64,000 nt of DNA from an uncultured Alphaproteobacteria bacterium (GTDB lineage Bacteria > Pseudomonadota > Alphaproteobacteria > Methylaequorales > Methylaequoraceae), in the NCBI GenBank assembly GCA_902522465.1, contig CABYVV010000005.1:26361-90360 (forward strand). Reading direction: 5' to 3'. Shown piece by piece: positions 37,162 through 46,529 of the stretch. How positions within the stretch are numbered: the first letter of the stretch is position 1; every line of letters starts with the position of its first letter. Position numbers and translations under genes: made by a program. The notes under the pieces are model-generated. The model was not told where the DNA came from. It saw nothing but the letters and a program-made list of their open reading frames with translations, and ran no database searches.

Positions 37162-37887
37162 TCAGTTTATTAGATTCCCGAAGAGGTTTTTTAAATATTT
37201 GCTTTTCTTAGAACTTAAATCACAAACATCCCCTTTCCAATAAACTTGAGAATCTTCCAATACAACAGTTTCCTTAAAGTATTTCATTACACTTTTCATG
37301 TCGGATGTAACAACAATAAGTGTGGTATTTAAACTTGTAGATAATTTCTTTATAATTTTAAATATCATATTTGTTTTTATAGGGTCTAAGCCCGCCGTTG
37401 GCTCATCTAAAATTAAAAACTCTGGTTTGTGAGATATAGCTCTTGCTATCGCAACTCTTTTTCTCATTCCACCAGAAAGTTGATTTGGAAACAAAAAAGC
37501 ATCATTTTTTTCTAACCCCACTAGTTTCAAAATCTCAAAGGTTCTCTTTAATAATTTCTTTTTTGGTTTTTTATCTAGACTTCTAAACATAACATTTTCC
37601 CAAACACTTAAACTGTCAAAAAGAGCATCTTTTTGAAAGACTACTCCAAACCTTTTATAAATTTCACTGATCTCAGGGTCTGTTGTAGAAACTCCGTTAA
37701 TAGTAATATGACCAGAATTCGGTTTAAGTATTCCAATGATTGTTTTCAACAAAGAACTTTTTCCTGAGGACCCTCTTCCTAAAATACACATTGGTTTATT
37801 TGGCATAACAATAAAACTTATGTCTTTGAGTATAGATTTGCGATCTATCGACAGTGATACTTTTTTTAAAACGATTGTATTTTTCAT
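37162..37887 (-). CDS. ABC ATP-binding protein, MlaF/Mkl-like
   Basis: GRGSSGKS, FQKDALFDSLSVWENV, LSGGMRKRVAIARA and DEPTAGLDPI motifs. Confidence 0.85.
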   Translation of the reverse strand: MKNTIVLKKVSLSIDRKSILKDISFIVMPNKPMCILGRGSSGKSSLLKTIIGILKPNSGHITINGVSTTDPEISEIYKRFGVVFQKDALFDSLSVWENVMFRSLDKKPKKKLLKRTFEILKLVGLEKNDAFLFPNQLSGGMRKRVAIARAISHKPEFLILDEPTAGLDPIKTNMIFKIIKKLSTSLNTTLIVVTSDMKSVMKYFKETVVLEDSQVYWKGDVCDLSSKKSKYLKNLFGNLIN

Positions 37888-37910
37888 CTAATTTAATGCT
37901 ACGATATCAT

Positions 37911-38645
37911 ATGCAGATTAATTATAAACAATCATTTATTGATTTTACTAAAGGATCGGTAATTATAGCAGGTGCTGGGCCAGGAAATATAGAACTGATT
38001 ACACTAAAAGTTTTCAATGCAATCAAAGATGCAGATGTTATAATTTACGATGCTCTTGTCAATAAAGACTTACTAAAATTCTCAAAAAAAAATTCTAAAC
38101 ATATTTTCGGAGGTAAAACAGCCAAAAAAAAGGCTTGCTCGCAAAGTGAAATCAATGAATGGATGATATTTTACGCAAGAAAGAATAAAAGGGTTCTCAG
38201 ATTAAAAGGAGGAGACCCGAGTTTTTTCAGCAGAGGAAGTCAGGAAATAAAATTTCTTAAAGAAAAAAAAATAAAGTATAAGATTTTTTCAGGAATTTCA
38301 TCTTCGCAACAAGCTGTCTTAAATGCCAATTTAGATTTTTTTAATAAATATGGTATATGTAATTTTATTACTGGTCACAGGAAAATTAAAGAAACACAAA
38401 AAATTTCTGATATGAGAAAGATATTTCATAATAAAGGAAAAATCATTGTTTACATGGGTGTTGGACAAATTAAAACAATTTCAAGTGAATTAATTAATCT
38501 TGGCATGAAAACAAATACAAAAGTAACAATAGTATCTAATGCTTCTTTAGATAATCAGAGAATATTTCGGTCTAATATAAGTAAGGTTACTGGACAGGTA
38601 GTCAGAAAAAAGATTCTACCACCTTCTATTATTGTCATAAATTAA
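37911..38645 (+). CDS. cobA: Uroporphyrinogen-III C-methyltransferase
   Basis: GAGPG, ADVIIYDALV, RLKGGDP and VYMG motifs; start moved to ATG 37911. Confidence 0.9.
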   Translation: MQINYKQSFIDFTKGSVIIAGAGPGNIELITLKVFNAIKDADVIIYDALVNKDLLKFSKKNSKHIFGGKTAKKKACSQSEINEWMIFYARKNKRVLRLKGGDPSFFSRGSQEIKFLKEKKIKYKIFSGISSSQQAVLNANLDFFNKYGICNFITGHRKIKETQKISDMRKIFHNKGKIIVYMGVGQIKTISSELINLGMKTNTKVTIVSNASLDNQRIFRSNISKVTGQVVRKKILPPSIIVIN

Positions 38646-38658
38646 AGTTACAAATAAA

Positions 38659-39519
38659 ATGAAAAAATACATTGAGTCTTCATTTTTATTTATTTTCTTT
38701 TATTTATTTAAAATCTTTGGAGTTCGGATGTCATCCTTCTTAGGAGGGGTTACACTTTACTCTTATGGATTATTCTCAAAGAGAAACACAATTATTGAGA
38801 AAAATTTGAAGAGAGTTTTTCCAAAAATTACTGAAAGTAAATCAAAAGAATTAATACACAAAATGTGGTTTCATTTTGGAAGGGTTATCGGAGAATATCC
38901 AAATTTAAATCGTCTTGAAGTAGGTAAAAATAAGAATATAACAATTTCAAATCAAAAAAACCTACTAGACCCTCTAAAAAAAAATAAAAATTGTCTTTTT
39001 TTTTCAGCTCATATTGGCAACTGGGAGTTAACATCCCATTTACTCACTAAGCTCGGATTCAAGATTCATTTCATTTATAGAGCCCCTAATAATAGATATG
39101 CTGATAATTTATTAAGAAAAATTAGAAAAAGCTATGGTGTAGGTTTGATAAGGAAAGGTAAACATGGTGCAAGACAATGTTTAAAAATACTTAATAAAAA
39201 AGGTGGACATATTGGTATGTTAATTGATCAAAAAATGAATGACGGTATAGACTCACTCTTTTTTAATGAATTAGTGAAATCTCCCTCTGCAATTGCAAAA
39301 TTTGCATTGAAATTTAAATGTCCAATTATACCAGCAGTTTGTATACGAAAAAATTCTATTTTTTTTAATGTTTCATATTTAAAGCCAATTTCAGTCTCAA
39401 AGATAAAAAAACTAGGAAGTGAAAAAAAAATCATGGATTATCTCAATAAATACGTTGAAAATTGGATAAAGCAAAATCCTGAACAGTGGATCTGGTTCCA
39501 TAATAGATGGAATGATTAA
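38659..39519 (+). CDS. Lipid A late acyltransferase family (LpxL/HtrB-like)
   Basis: SAHIGNWEL, LIDQK and PEQWIWFHNRW motifs. Confidence 0.9.
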   Translation: MKKYIESSFLFIFFYLFKIFGVRMSSFLGGVTLYSYGLFSKRNTIIEKNLKRVFPKITESKSKELIHKMWFHFGRVIGEYPNLNRLEVGKNKNITISNQKNLLDPLKKNKNCLFFSAHIGNWELTSHLLTKLGFKIHFIYRAPNNRYADNLLRKIRKSYGVGLIRKGKHGARQCLKILNKKGGHIGMLIDQKMNDGIDSLFFNELVKSPSAIAKFALKFKCPIIPAVCIRKNSIFFNVSYLKPISVSKIKKLGSEKKIMDYLNKYVENWIKQNPEQWIWFHNRWND

Positions 39520-40448
39520 AGAATAGATTTTACAACATTAGAAACCCTAGAAGCTTCATTAATTGGTTTATAGCTCCAAAAACTTAATTTTCCATAAAAA
39601 AATTTTATTACACTTCTTTTTTTTAGAATTAGGGAAAAATCTTTAATTTTTTTTTTTAATTTTTTTACTTCATGAATAAATACAGGTTTCCCAGTTGAAA
39701 TGCAATCGGAGATCATACTGACTGAATCTTGAGTAACGATAAAAAACTCAGAATATTTTATAAGGTACCAGTAGGGATTTGGTTCCTTGTAATCATATAA
39801 AAGATGTGTTGATTTTTTATTCTCCAATATTATTTGTTTAATTATTTGTTCTGTTCTTCTCGATAAGCAATAAATAATATGTACGCTATCTTTAATATTG
39901 TTAACATATTTTACCAACTTTAAAGCATCTTCCTTTGTTAAATTAGAACTTTTTCCTGAACCACCCACAAAACATGAAACAATTTTCCTTTTTCTAAATA
40001 AATCCTGATATTTTTTTTTTTCATTATTTTCCAAAGGTTTTTTATCAACTAAAGTTCCAAAGATTTTTACTGTATTATTTAAATTTTTAACTCTTTTAAA
40101 ATCATGTGATGGTAAAATAATTAGATCAAAGCTTTTTCTTAAAAGGTAAGGATCAAAAATATGGACATTTCTACAAGAATTTTTTTTTTTTATTAATATA
40201 CTATAAGGCGCAGAGATTCTTCCACATGAAATTATTAGATCACAATAATTTACTTGTATTTTTTTTTTATAATTATTTAAATTTAGAAAAAAAAAAATTA
40301 AGAAATTTGGCAAATAATGTATAATCTCTCTTTTTATGGTTAGATACTCGATTTTAACTTTTTGCTTCTTTCTAAGGTATCCTGTCAAAGCCATACATTG
40401 ATTCAAGCTACTTTTTTTTTCATCGGTTATGATAAGTATTCTTTTCAT
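39516..40448 (-). CDS. ELM1/GtrOC1 family putative glycosyltransferase
   Basis: LIISCGR, FDLIILPSHD, SRRT and VTQDSVSMISD motifs. Confidence 0.85.
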   Translation of the reverse strand: MKRILIITDEKKSSLNQCMALTGYLRKKQKVKIEYLTIKREIIHYLPNFLIFFFLNLNNYKKKIQVNYCDLIISCGRISAPYSILIKKKNSCRNVHIFDPYLLRKSFDLIILPSHDFKRVKNLNNTVKIFGTLVDKKPLENNEKKKYQDLFRKRKIVSCFVGGSGKSSNLTKEDALKLVKYVNNIKDSVHIIYCLSRRTEQIIKQIILENKKSTHLLYDYKEPNPYWYLIKYSEFFIVTQDSVSMISDCISTGKPVFIHEVKKLKKKIKDFSLILKKRSVIKFFYGKLSFWSYKPINEASRVSNVVKSIL

Positions 40449-41136
40449 AAAAATATTTTTTTTTTAAAAATAAGTATATTAATCTTTTATATAAAATTGC
40501 TAAATAGATCATAAATATCATCGCAAAAATATTGTCACTAAAAAAGTGTCCTCCCATTGCCATTCTACAAAAAAATACTAAGAAACCTAATATAAAGTTT
40601 AAGATTAAAAAATAATGTTTTTTTAAAAGTATTGTACCTACTACAAATGAGAATGCTGCTGAAGTTTCACCACTAATCCAAGAACAGTTTCGCTCACATT
40701 GATCTGATTTTAAAAATGCTGGAGTAAATATTTTTTTTCCACCAAATTCCTCAACATGTACTGGCCTAGCTCTGCCCCATGTGTCTTTAAAATATAGATT
40801 TGCAATAATACCACAGCCAACAATAGGTCCAATTATCAGACCTATCATCGAATATTTTATTCTGAATTTATTATTAATTTGAATTTTTTGTGATTTATTT
40901 ATCATTTGAATAAATAAAATAAAAATTGCAAAGATTGGAATTATAATCATCAACTCTTTTAGGATAACCCTTAAATCCTTAATAAATATAAAATGCTCTG
41001 AGATAAATTTATTTTTGTAAAAAAAAATTTTTGATAAAAAAATGTCTAAGTTAGGAAAGAATAAAAAAAGGAAAAAAAAGAAAAAAAAAAGAACTGTATT
41101 ATAAAAAAATAAATTCTTAACTAATTTTTCATACAT
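40420..41136 (-). CDS. PAP2 family phosphatase (lipid A phosphatase-like)
   Basis: KDTWGRARP, SWISGE and RMAMGGHFFSD motifs. Confidence 0.8.
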   Translation of the reverse strand: MYEKLVKNLFFYNTVLFFFFFFLFLFFPNLDIFLSKIFFYKNKFISEHFIFIKDLRVILKELMIIIPIFAIFILFIQMINKSQKIQINNKFRIKYSMIGLIIGPIVGCGIIANLYFKDTWGRARPVHVEEFGGKKIFTPAFLKSDQCERNCSWISGETSAAFSFVVGTILLKKHYFLILNFILGFLVFFCRMAMGGHFFSDNIFAMIFMIYLAILYKRLIYLFLKKKYFYEKNTYHNR

Positions 41137-41151
41137 TAGCGACAAGAGTTT

Positions 41152-41535
41152 CTACTTAAAATTTCTTTTTGGTTTAAGTACATTCAAGTATCGTAATCTT
41201 AAAACTATTATTGCAAGAGCTATTATTAAAATTGCTAATGATTCATAAATTAAAATTGATGGATCCAAATCTTTTTTCTGCAGTATTATTAATCTTGATA
41301 TAGCTGTTATTGCAATTACTAGTGGATAAGTTATTCTGATTTCAGCATTTGCAAGATAGACCCTAATCATACCCATAACTTCAACATAAATGAAAAGTAG
41401 AAGTAAATCAGCCAACTCAACCTTCATCTTTTTTACCATTAAGGTTATTTCACTGACAAAACCGACAATGGCTCCAGCCAAAATCAAAAGAACAGAGATG
41501 ATTTGTATTAAACGTATAACTTTTTCTACATTCAT
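41152..41535 (-). CDS. Phosphate-starvation-inducible PsiE family membrane protein
   Basis: LADLLLLFIYVEVMGM and IAITAISRLIIL motifs. Confidence 0.85.
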   Translation of the reverse strand: MNVEKVIRLIQIISVLLILAGAIVGFVSEITLMVKKMKVELADLLLLFIYVEVMGMIRVYLANAEIRITYPLVIAITAISRLIILQKKDLDPSILIYESLAILIIALAIIVLRLRYLNVLKPKRNFK

Positions 41536-41549
41536 AAATATATAATTGC

Positions 41550-42674
41550 TTATTTTTGAATTAAGTCAATTAAACATTTAATCAAATAATCTATTTCATA
41601 AAAAGTATTATATGAATGTATTGATATTCTGTTTAGACTTTTAATTTTATTTTTCTTAAAATAGAATTCACACGTCTCTTTTTTTGTAATGGATGAGAGA
41701 ATTCTTTTTTTTATTAAGTAATTATAAATTTGTTCAGAATTAATACCTTCGATATTAAATGTATTTATGCCAGATAAAAGTTTTGTATTTTCATAGAATT
41801 TAATTTTGTTGTATTTTTTAAGTTTGAATCGTAAATAACTACTTTTCTTTCTTATGTCTAATTCGATTTTTTGTATCGACTTTTTATTAATACAGTCAAT
41901 CGCCTCTGTTAGGCCTAATTTTAATGCTGGAGAATATTCAAAATTTTCAAATATTTTTGATTTTACAATTTTTATTTTATCTTGAACTATTTTTGAATTT
42001 TTCAAATCTAGTATATTTGGACATACAAAGTTAAGAACATTAGAGTTGACATAAATAAAACCAGTCCCTCTTGGGCCTCTTAAATATTTTCTTCCTGAAC
42101 CCACTAAAACATCACATTTTATTTTTTTAACATTAATATTGACCTGACCTAGTGATTGACAGGCATCCACAATAAAAAGTGCTTTTGGATTTTTTTGCTT
42201 AATGGATCTACCAATTTTTTCAACCTCTATTATGTCTCCACATTGTGAAGCTATGTGACAAACACAAATCGCAACTGTATTTTCATCAATTTTACTTTCT
42301 AAATCTTTAATGCAAACACTACCATCCTTTTTTAATTTTGAAATTCTAATATTTATAGAATTTTTTTTAAAATAAATAAAATTGCTTCCATACTCATTAT
42401 CTAAAATTATAACATTATCATTTTTAGAAATTTTTATAGAGTTTAAAAATAAATTCCAGGCTATAGTTGAGTTTTGGAGAAAAGATACTTCATTTTCATT
42501 ACATTTAATCAATTTTGCTAAACTTTTATAAAATCTATTAATTTTTTTTTTATAAATGAATTCAGCAAGATATCCTCCATATTTCTTTTCAATTAGTAAG
42601 TAATTATTGATTGCCTCATCAACAGAATTAAAGGATTTACTTGAACCTGCGTTATTAAAGTTTACGTAATTCAA
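41550..42674 (-). CDS. PLP-dependent class V aminotransferase, probable EgtE-like C-S lyase
   Basis: NNAGSS, VDACQSLG and SGRKYLRGPRGTG motifs; coupled to egtD. Confidence 0.8.
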   Translation of the reverse strand: MNYVNFNNAGSSKSFNSVDEAINNYLLIEKKYGGYLAEFIYKKKINRFYKSLAKLIKCNENEVSFLQNSTIAWNLFLNSIKISKNDNVIILDNEYGSNFIYFKKNSINIRISKLKKDGSVCIKDLESKIDENTVAICVCHIASQCGDIIEVEKIGRSIKQKNPKALFIVDACQSLGQVNINVKKIKCDVLVGSGRKYLRGPRGTGFIYVNSNVLNFVCPNILDLKNSKIVQDKIKIVKSKIFENFEYSPALKLGLTEAIDCINKKSIQKIELDIRKKSSYLRFKLKKYNKIKFYENTKLLSGINTFNIEGINSEQIYNYLIKKRILSSITKKETCEFYFKKNKIKSLNRISIHSYNTFYEIDYLIKCLIDLIQK

Positions 42675-43648
42675 AAACTAACAACTTTCAAAAAAAAAAT
42701 ACCAAAAAAGGATTTTTTATCCTTCAAGACTTTTTTTATCTCCATTTGTGCTGTTCCAGCAAGCTTTTTAAAATTTTCAATAGAATATTTATAGGAATTT
42801 TCAGTATGGATGGTCTCACCAGTTTTAAAAGTAATATGATTATTGATAAAATTCACTGAATGATCCTTATTACTAACCAGATGCATCTCCAACCTACTTT
42901 TTTCATTATTAAAAAAGGCCTTATGATTAAAATTATCTGAATCAAAAGAAGTATTAAATTTTTTGTTTAAACCGTTTAAAATATTTTTATTAAATAATTC
43001 AGTTACACCCTCTGAGTCGTTATAAGCTTTTTCGATTATTGTTTTATCTTTTTTAAGGTCTACTCCTACTATCAAAAAATTATCTGGCCCTAAAATATTT
43101 GAAAAACTTTTCAATAATTTTTTTGCATCACTTGGACAATAATTTCCAATTGTTGATCCTGGAAAAAAACCAATTTTTTTTTTCGAACTATCTGTCAATT
43201 TTTTAATACTTTTAATTTGATTAAAATCAGCACAAATAGCTTTAACCTTGAGATTTGGAAAATATTTTGCTGAATGAAGAGCATTTTTAAATAAAAAATC
43301 TTTACTTATGTCAATTGGAATATATTCAACTGGTTTTTTTAATGATTTAAGGAGTCTTTTTATTTTTTCATTTGATCCACTTCCAAATTCAATTACAGAG
43401 GAATCTGATGGTAAGTAATCATAAAATTCTTTTCTATTATCATCTAATATTTCGATTTCTTTTTGAGTTGGATAATAATCTTTTAATTTGGTGATTTTAT
43501 CAAATAAAATAGACCCAGTTTCATCATAGAAAAATTTTGAACTAATTTGTTTTTGTTGTTTATTTAACAAACCATTTAAAATTTCACTCGTATCATTTTT
43601 GATTGAATTATAAATATTATGATAGCTTATATTTTCTATACTTTTCAT
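42671..43648 (-). CDS. egtD: L-histidine N-alpha-methyltransferase EgtD
   Basis: KFFYDETGSILF, YYPTQKE, EFGSGS, FFPGSTIGN and IHTENSYKY motifs; start 43648 overlaps the egtB stop. Confidence 0.95.
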   Translation of the reverse strand: MKSIENISYHNIYNSIKNDTSEILNGLLNKQQKQISSKFFYDETGSILFDKITKLKDYYPTQKEIEILDDNRKEFYDYLPSDSSVIEFGSGSNEKIKRLLKSLKKPVEYIPIDISKDFLFKNALHSAKYFPNLKVKAICADFNQIKSIKKLTDSSKKKIGFFPGSTIGNYCPSDAKKLLKSFSNILGPDNFLIVGVDLKKDKTIIEKAYNDSEGVTELFNKNILNGLNKKFNTSFDSDNFNHKAFFNNEKSRLEMHLVSNKDHSVNFINNHITFKTGETIHTENSYKYSIENFKKLAGTAQMEIKKVLKDKKSFFGIFFLKVVSF

Positions 43649-44889
43649 AGGTCTTCTACGAGTCTCAAACCTGAAAATTGCCATCTATTGTGAGGATAGT
43701 AAAAATTCCTATAAGAAGATCTAATATGTTTTTTTGGAGTTGCGAATGATCCACCCTTGAGAACAAATTGGTTACACATAAATTTACTATTATATTCCAT
43801 AAGTTCTTTTTTATACGGTTTGTAATTTTTAAAAGGGGCATAGTTACTGCAAGTCCATAACCAAAGATTCCCATATAGTGATTTTGCATAATTTTGGTTT
43901 TTATAACTCACTTCCATAAAGTTGTTGTTCTCTAAAAAATTACCTTTTATCGATTTTTGTTTTAACAAATATTCAAGTTCAAACTCAGAGGGCAATCTTA
44001 ATCCTTTATACTTTGCATATGCACACGCCTCATAGAAACTTATATGTGAAACAGGTAAAGAATCTTCAATTTTTATTACACCTTTTAAAGTAAAATGGAA
44101 GTTATTATCTAACCAATACAAAGGTTTTGTAATATTATTTTTTTTTATAAATTCCCATCCATCAGATAACCAATATTCATGCGATTGATAGCCACCTTCT
44201 TTAATAAATTCTTTCCAATCTTTATTTGTTACATAATTAGTTAATTTTAAGGGATCAATAGAACTAAGGCCTTTTGGCATTTCATTATCATAACAAAAGG
44301 TCTCTGCTGAACATCCATACTCGAATTTTTTTATTTTACTTATAACAAATTCATTGTTATTTGTTTTTGGTGATTTGTCCAAAGCACCTAAAACTGAATA
44401 GGAAGGCTTTAAAGGATTAGAATAAAAAATATTTTTTATATCCATTAAAATTAACTCTTGATGTTGTTCTTCATGATTAATTCCAATTTCTATTAGGAAG
44501 TTTACTGAATTATTATTTTTTAATAATTTAATTATGTTTTCATCAATACTTTCTCTATATTTTAAAATTTCTTTTAAAAGAGGCCTGTTTAAATAACCCC
44601 TTTTTTCTCTGGAGTTGAATGGACCAACGCTGTTGTAATATGAATTAAAAATAAAATCAAATTCCTTACCAAAAATTTGGTATTCCTTAAGGTATGGGAC
44701 AAGTAAAAATTTCTCAAAAAACCATGTAGTATGACCAAGATGCCATTTGATTGGACTGACGAAATCTTCGGTTTGAATAACCATATCTTCGGAATGAAGA
44801 TTAGAAATCAAGTGATTTGTCTTTTTTCTAGTTTTAATAAACTCATCAATCAATGAATTTTCTTTGAGTTTCTTTAAAGATCCATCCAT
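43645..44889 (-). CDS. egtB: Ergothioneine sulfoxide synthase EgtB
   Basis: KWHLGHTTWFFE, NSYY, HEEQHQE Fe ligands and an FGE-like C-terminus YRNFY...RWQFSGLRL. Confidence 0.93.
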   Translation of the reverse strand: MDGSLKKLKENSLIDEFIKTRKKTNHLISNLHSEDMVIQTEDFVSPIKWHLGHTTWFFEKFLLVPYLKEYQIFGKEFDFIFNSYYNSVGPFNSREKRGYLNRPLLKEILKYRESIDENIIKLLKNNNSVNFLIEIGINHEEQHQELILMDIKNIFYSNPLKPSYSVLGALDKSPKTNNNEFVISKIKKFEYGCSAETFCYDNEMPKGLSSIDPLKLTNYVTNKDWKEFIKEGGYQSHEYWLSDGWEFIKKNNITKPLYWLDNNFHFTLKGVIKIEDSLPVSHISFYEACAYAKYKGLRLPSEFELEYLLKQKSIKGNFLENNNFMEVSYKNQNYAKSLYGNLWLWTCSNYAPFKNYKPYKKELMEYNSKFMCNQFVLKGGSFATPKKHIRSSYRNFYYPHNRWQFSGLRLVEDL

Positions 44890-44995
44890 AGGGTTATTAT
44901 TAAAGATTTTTTTTAGAAGTCAACTTTCTGTTTCATTATTAAAGAAATTTAATTAAATAATAAGTAAACTTTGGTTATTTATACTCAATTATTTT

Positions 44996-45394
44996 TTAAT
45001 AAATTAAGATACTCGCAACACTTAACGCATAATTTTTTTCATGAGAAATTGAAACAGAAACTAATACCTTACTATTTTTTTTTTTAAGTCCGGTTAATAT
45101 TTTTTTGGATCGACCAACTAAGTTAATTTCAGGCTTATTAAACTTGTTGTTAATTATTTCTATATTTTTATATGTGACACCATTTCTAAATCCAAAGCCT
45201 AAGGCTTTACTTACCGCCTCTTTTGCTGCAAATATACCGGATAATTTTTCATTTCTTTTTTTAGTGTTGGAATAATTAAAATTGAGTAATTCTTTTTCTG
45301 ACAATATTTTATTAAAAAATTTTTTTCCATACAATGAAATTACTTTTTTAATTCGTTTCGTTTCTACAATATCTATGCCTTGAGAAAAATACAT
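44996..45394 (-). CDS. acpS: Holo-ACP synthase
   Basis: GIDIVE, FAAKEAVSKALG and SISHE motifs. Confidence 0.95.
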   Translation of the reverse strand: MYFSQGIDIVETKRIKKVISLYGKKFFNKILSEKELLNFNYSNTKKRNEKLSGIFAAKEAVSKALGFGFRNGVTYKNIEIINNKFNKPEINLVGRSKKILTGLKKKNSKVLVSVSISHEKNYALSVASILIY

Positions 45395-45417
45395 AGTTTA
45401 ATTTATCATCAAAAAAT

Positions 45418-46527
45418 TTATTTAAAATATTTTTTACAATATTCTGTTACATAATTTCCAATGGGTATTGATGAAGTCAATCCAGGGGATTCAATACCTA
45501 GTAAATTTACCAAACCTTTAATTTTATGATCATTAAATGTTTGGATTATAAAATCATTGTCATCAACTTTTGTTCTTATACCACAATAGTCAATTTCAAC
45601 TTTTCTAGATATTATATTTGGCCAAAATGAAGATATAGATTTAATGAATTTACTAACTATATTCTCATTTACATTATAATTAATCTCCTCAACAACTTCT
45701 TCATCTGGTCCAAATATTGTCTGATTACTCAAATTTATAGTTGAATGAATCCCTAATCCATCTTTGGATGGAAGTGGATAAATCAGTCGTTTAAAAGGAG
45801 ATTTTCCAGATAATTTTATATAATTTCCTTTAACATACTTAATATTTGGAACGAAATAATTTTTTTTTTTACTTATTTCTTTAGCTAATTTATGGCTATT
45901 CAAACCAGCACTATTTATAAATATTTTGGTTGAATAACTTTGAGTATTATTTACTGTAAATCTTATTGTATTATTTATAATATCTTCAATTCCGACTTTA
46001 CAATTATAAACTACTTTCCCATTATTTTTTTCTATATCAACAATAAAATTTAACATCAAATCGTGAACATCAATTATACCTGTACTATCGGATAGCAAAG
46101 CAGAATGACAAGTAAGGTCTGGTTCAATAAGTTTTAACTCTTGCAAACTTAAATGTTTAAGGATTACATTATTTTTTTTAGCATTTTTTTGCAATTTAAA
46201 AAGTTTATCTGTTTCTTTATAGTTTTTAGCAAATATAATCTTCCCACACTTTTTAAATTTAATTTTTCTGTTTGATGCATATTCATATAATGCTTTATTT
46301 CCTTCTCTACAAAAAATTGATTTGAATGATGACTGATTGTAGTAGATACCTGCATGTATAACACCACTATTTCTTGAACTAGTTTCCTGACCAAAGTTAC
46401 TGTTTGATTCCAGCACTGTAACTCGAAATCCTGATTTAGATAGACTCCTTGCTACCGACAAACCTATTACCCCCGCCCCTACAACAACACAATCAAAGTC
46501 ATATTTTTTGTTTTTTCTATATATCAT
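45418..46527 (-). CDS. FAD-dependent oxidoreductase, L-2-hydroxyglutarate oxidase (LhgO)-like
   Basis: GAGVIG, TSSRNSGVIHAGIYY, LIYPLP and GIESPGLTSS motifs. Confidence 0.85.
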   Translation of the reverse strand: MIYRKNKKYDFDCVVVGAGVIGLSVARSLSKSGFRVTVLESNSNFGQETSSRNSGVIHAGIYYNQSSFKSIFCREGNKALYEYASNRKIKFKKCGKIIFAKNYKETDKLFKLQKNAKKNNVILKHLSLQELKLIEPDLTCHSALLSDSTGIIDVHDLMLNFIVDIEKNNGKVVYNCKVGIEDIINNTIRFTVNNTQSYSTKIFINSAGLNSHKLAKEISKKKNYFVPNIKYVKGNYIKLSGKSPFKRLIYPLPSKDGLGIHSTINLSNQTIFGPDEEVVEEINYNVNENIVSKFIKSISSFWPNIISRKVEIDYCGIRTKVDDNDFIIQTFNDHKIKGLVNLLGIESPGLTSSIPIGNYVTEYCKKYFK

Positions 46528-46529
46528 TA

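Noticed and set aside
43645..44889. Selenoneine (SenA) or ovothiol (OvoA) synthase
   Set aside because: No senB or senC neighbours and no C-terminal methyltransferase domain; it is coupled to egtD.
44896..44945. 11-bp direct repeat ATTATTAAAGA upstream of egtB
   Set aside because: Almost pure A/T in a very AT-rich genome, so chance occurrence is plausible.
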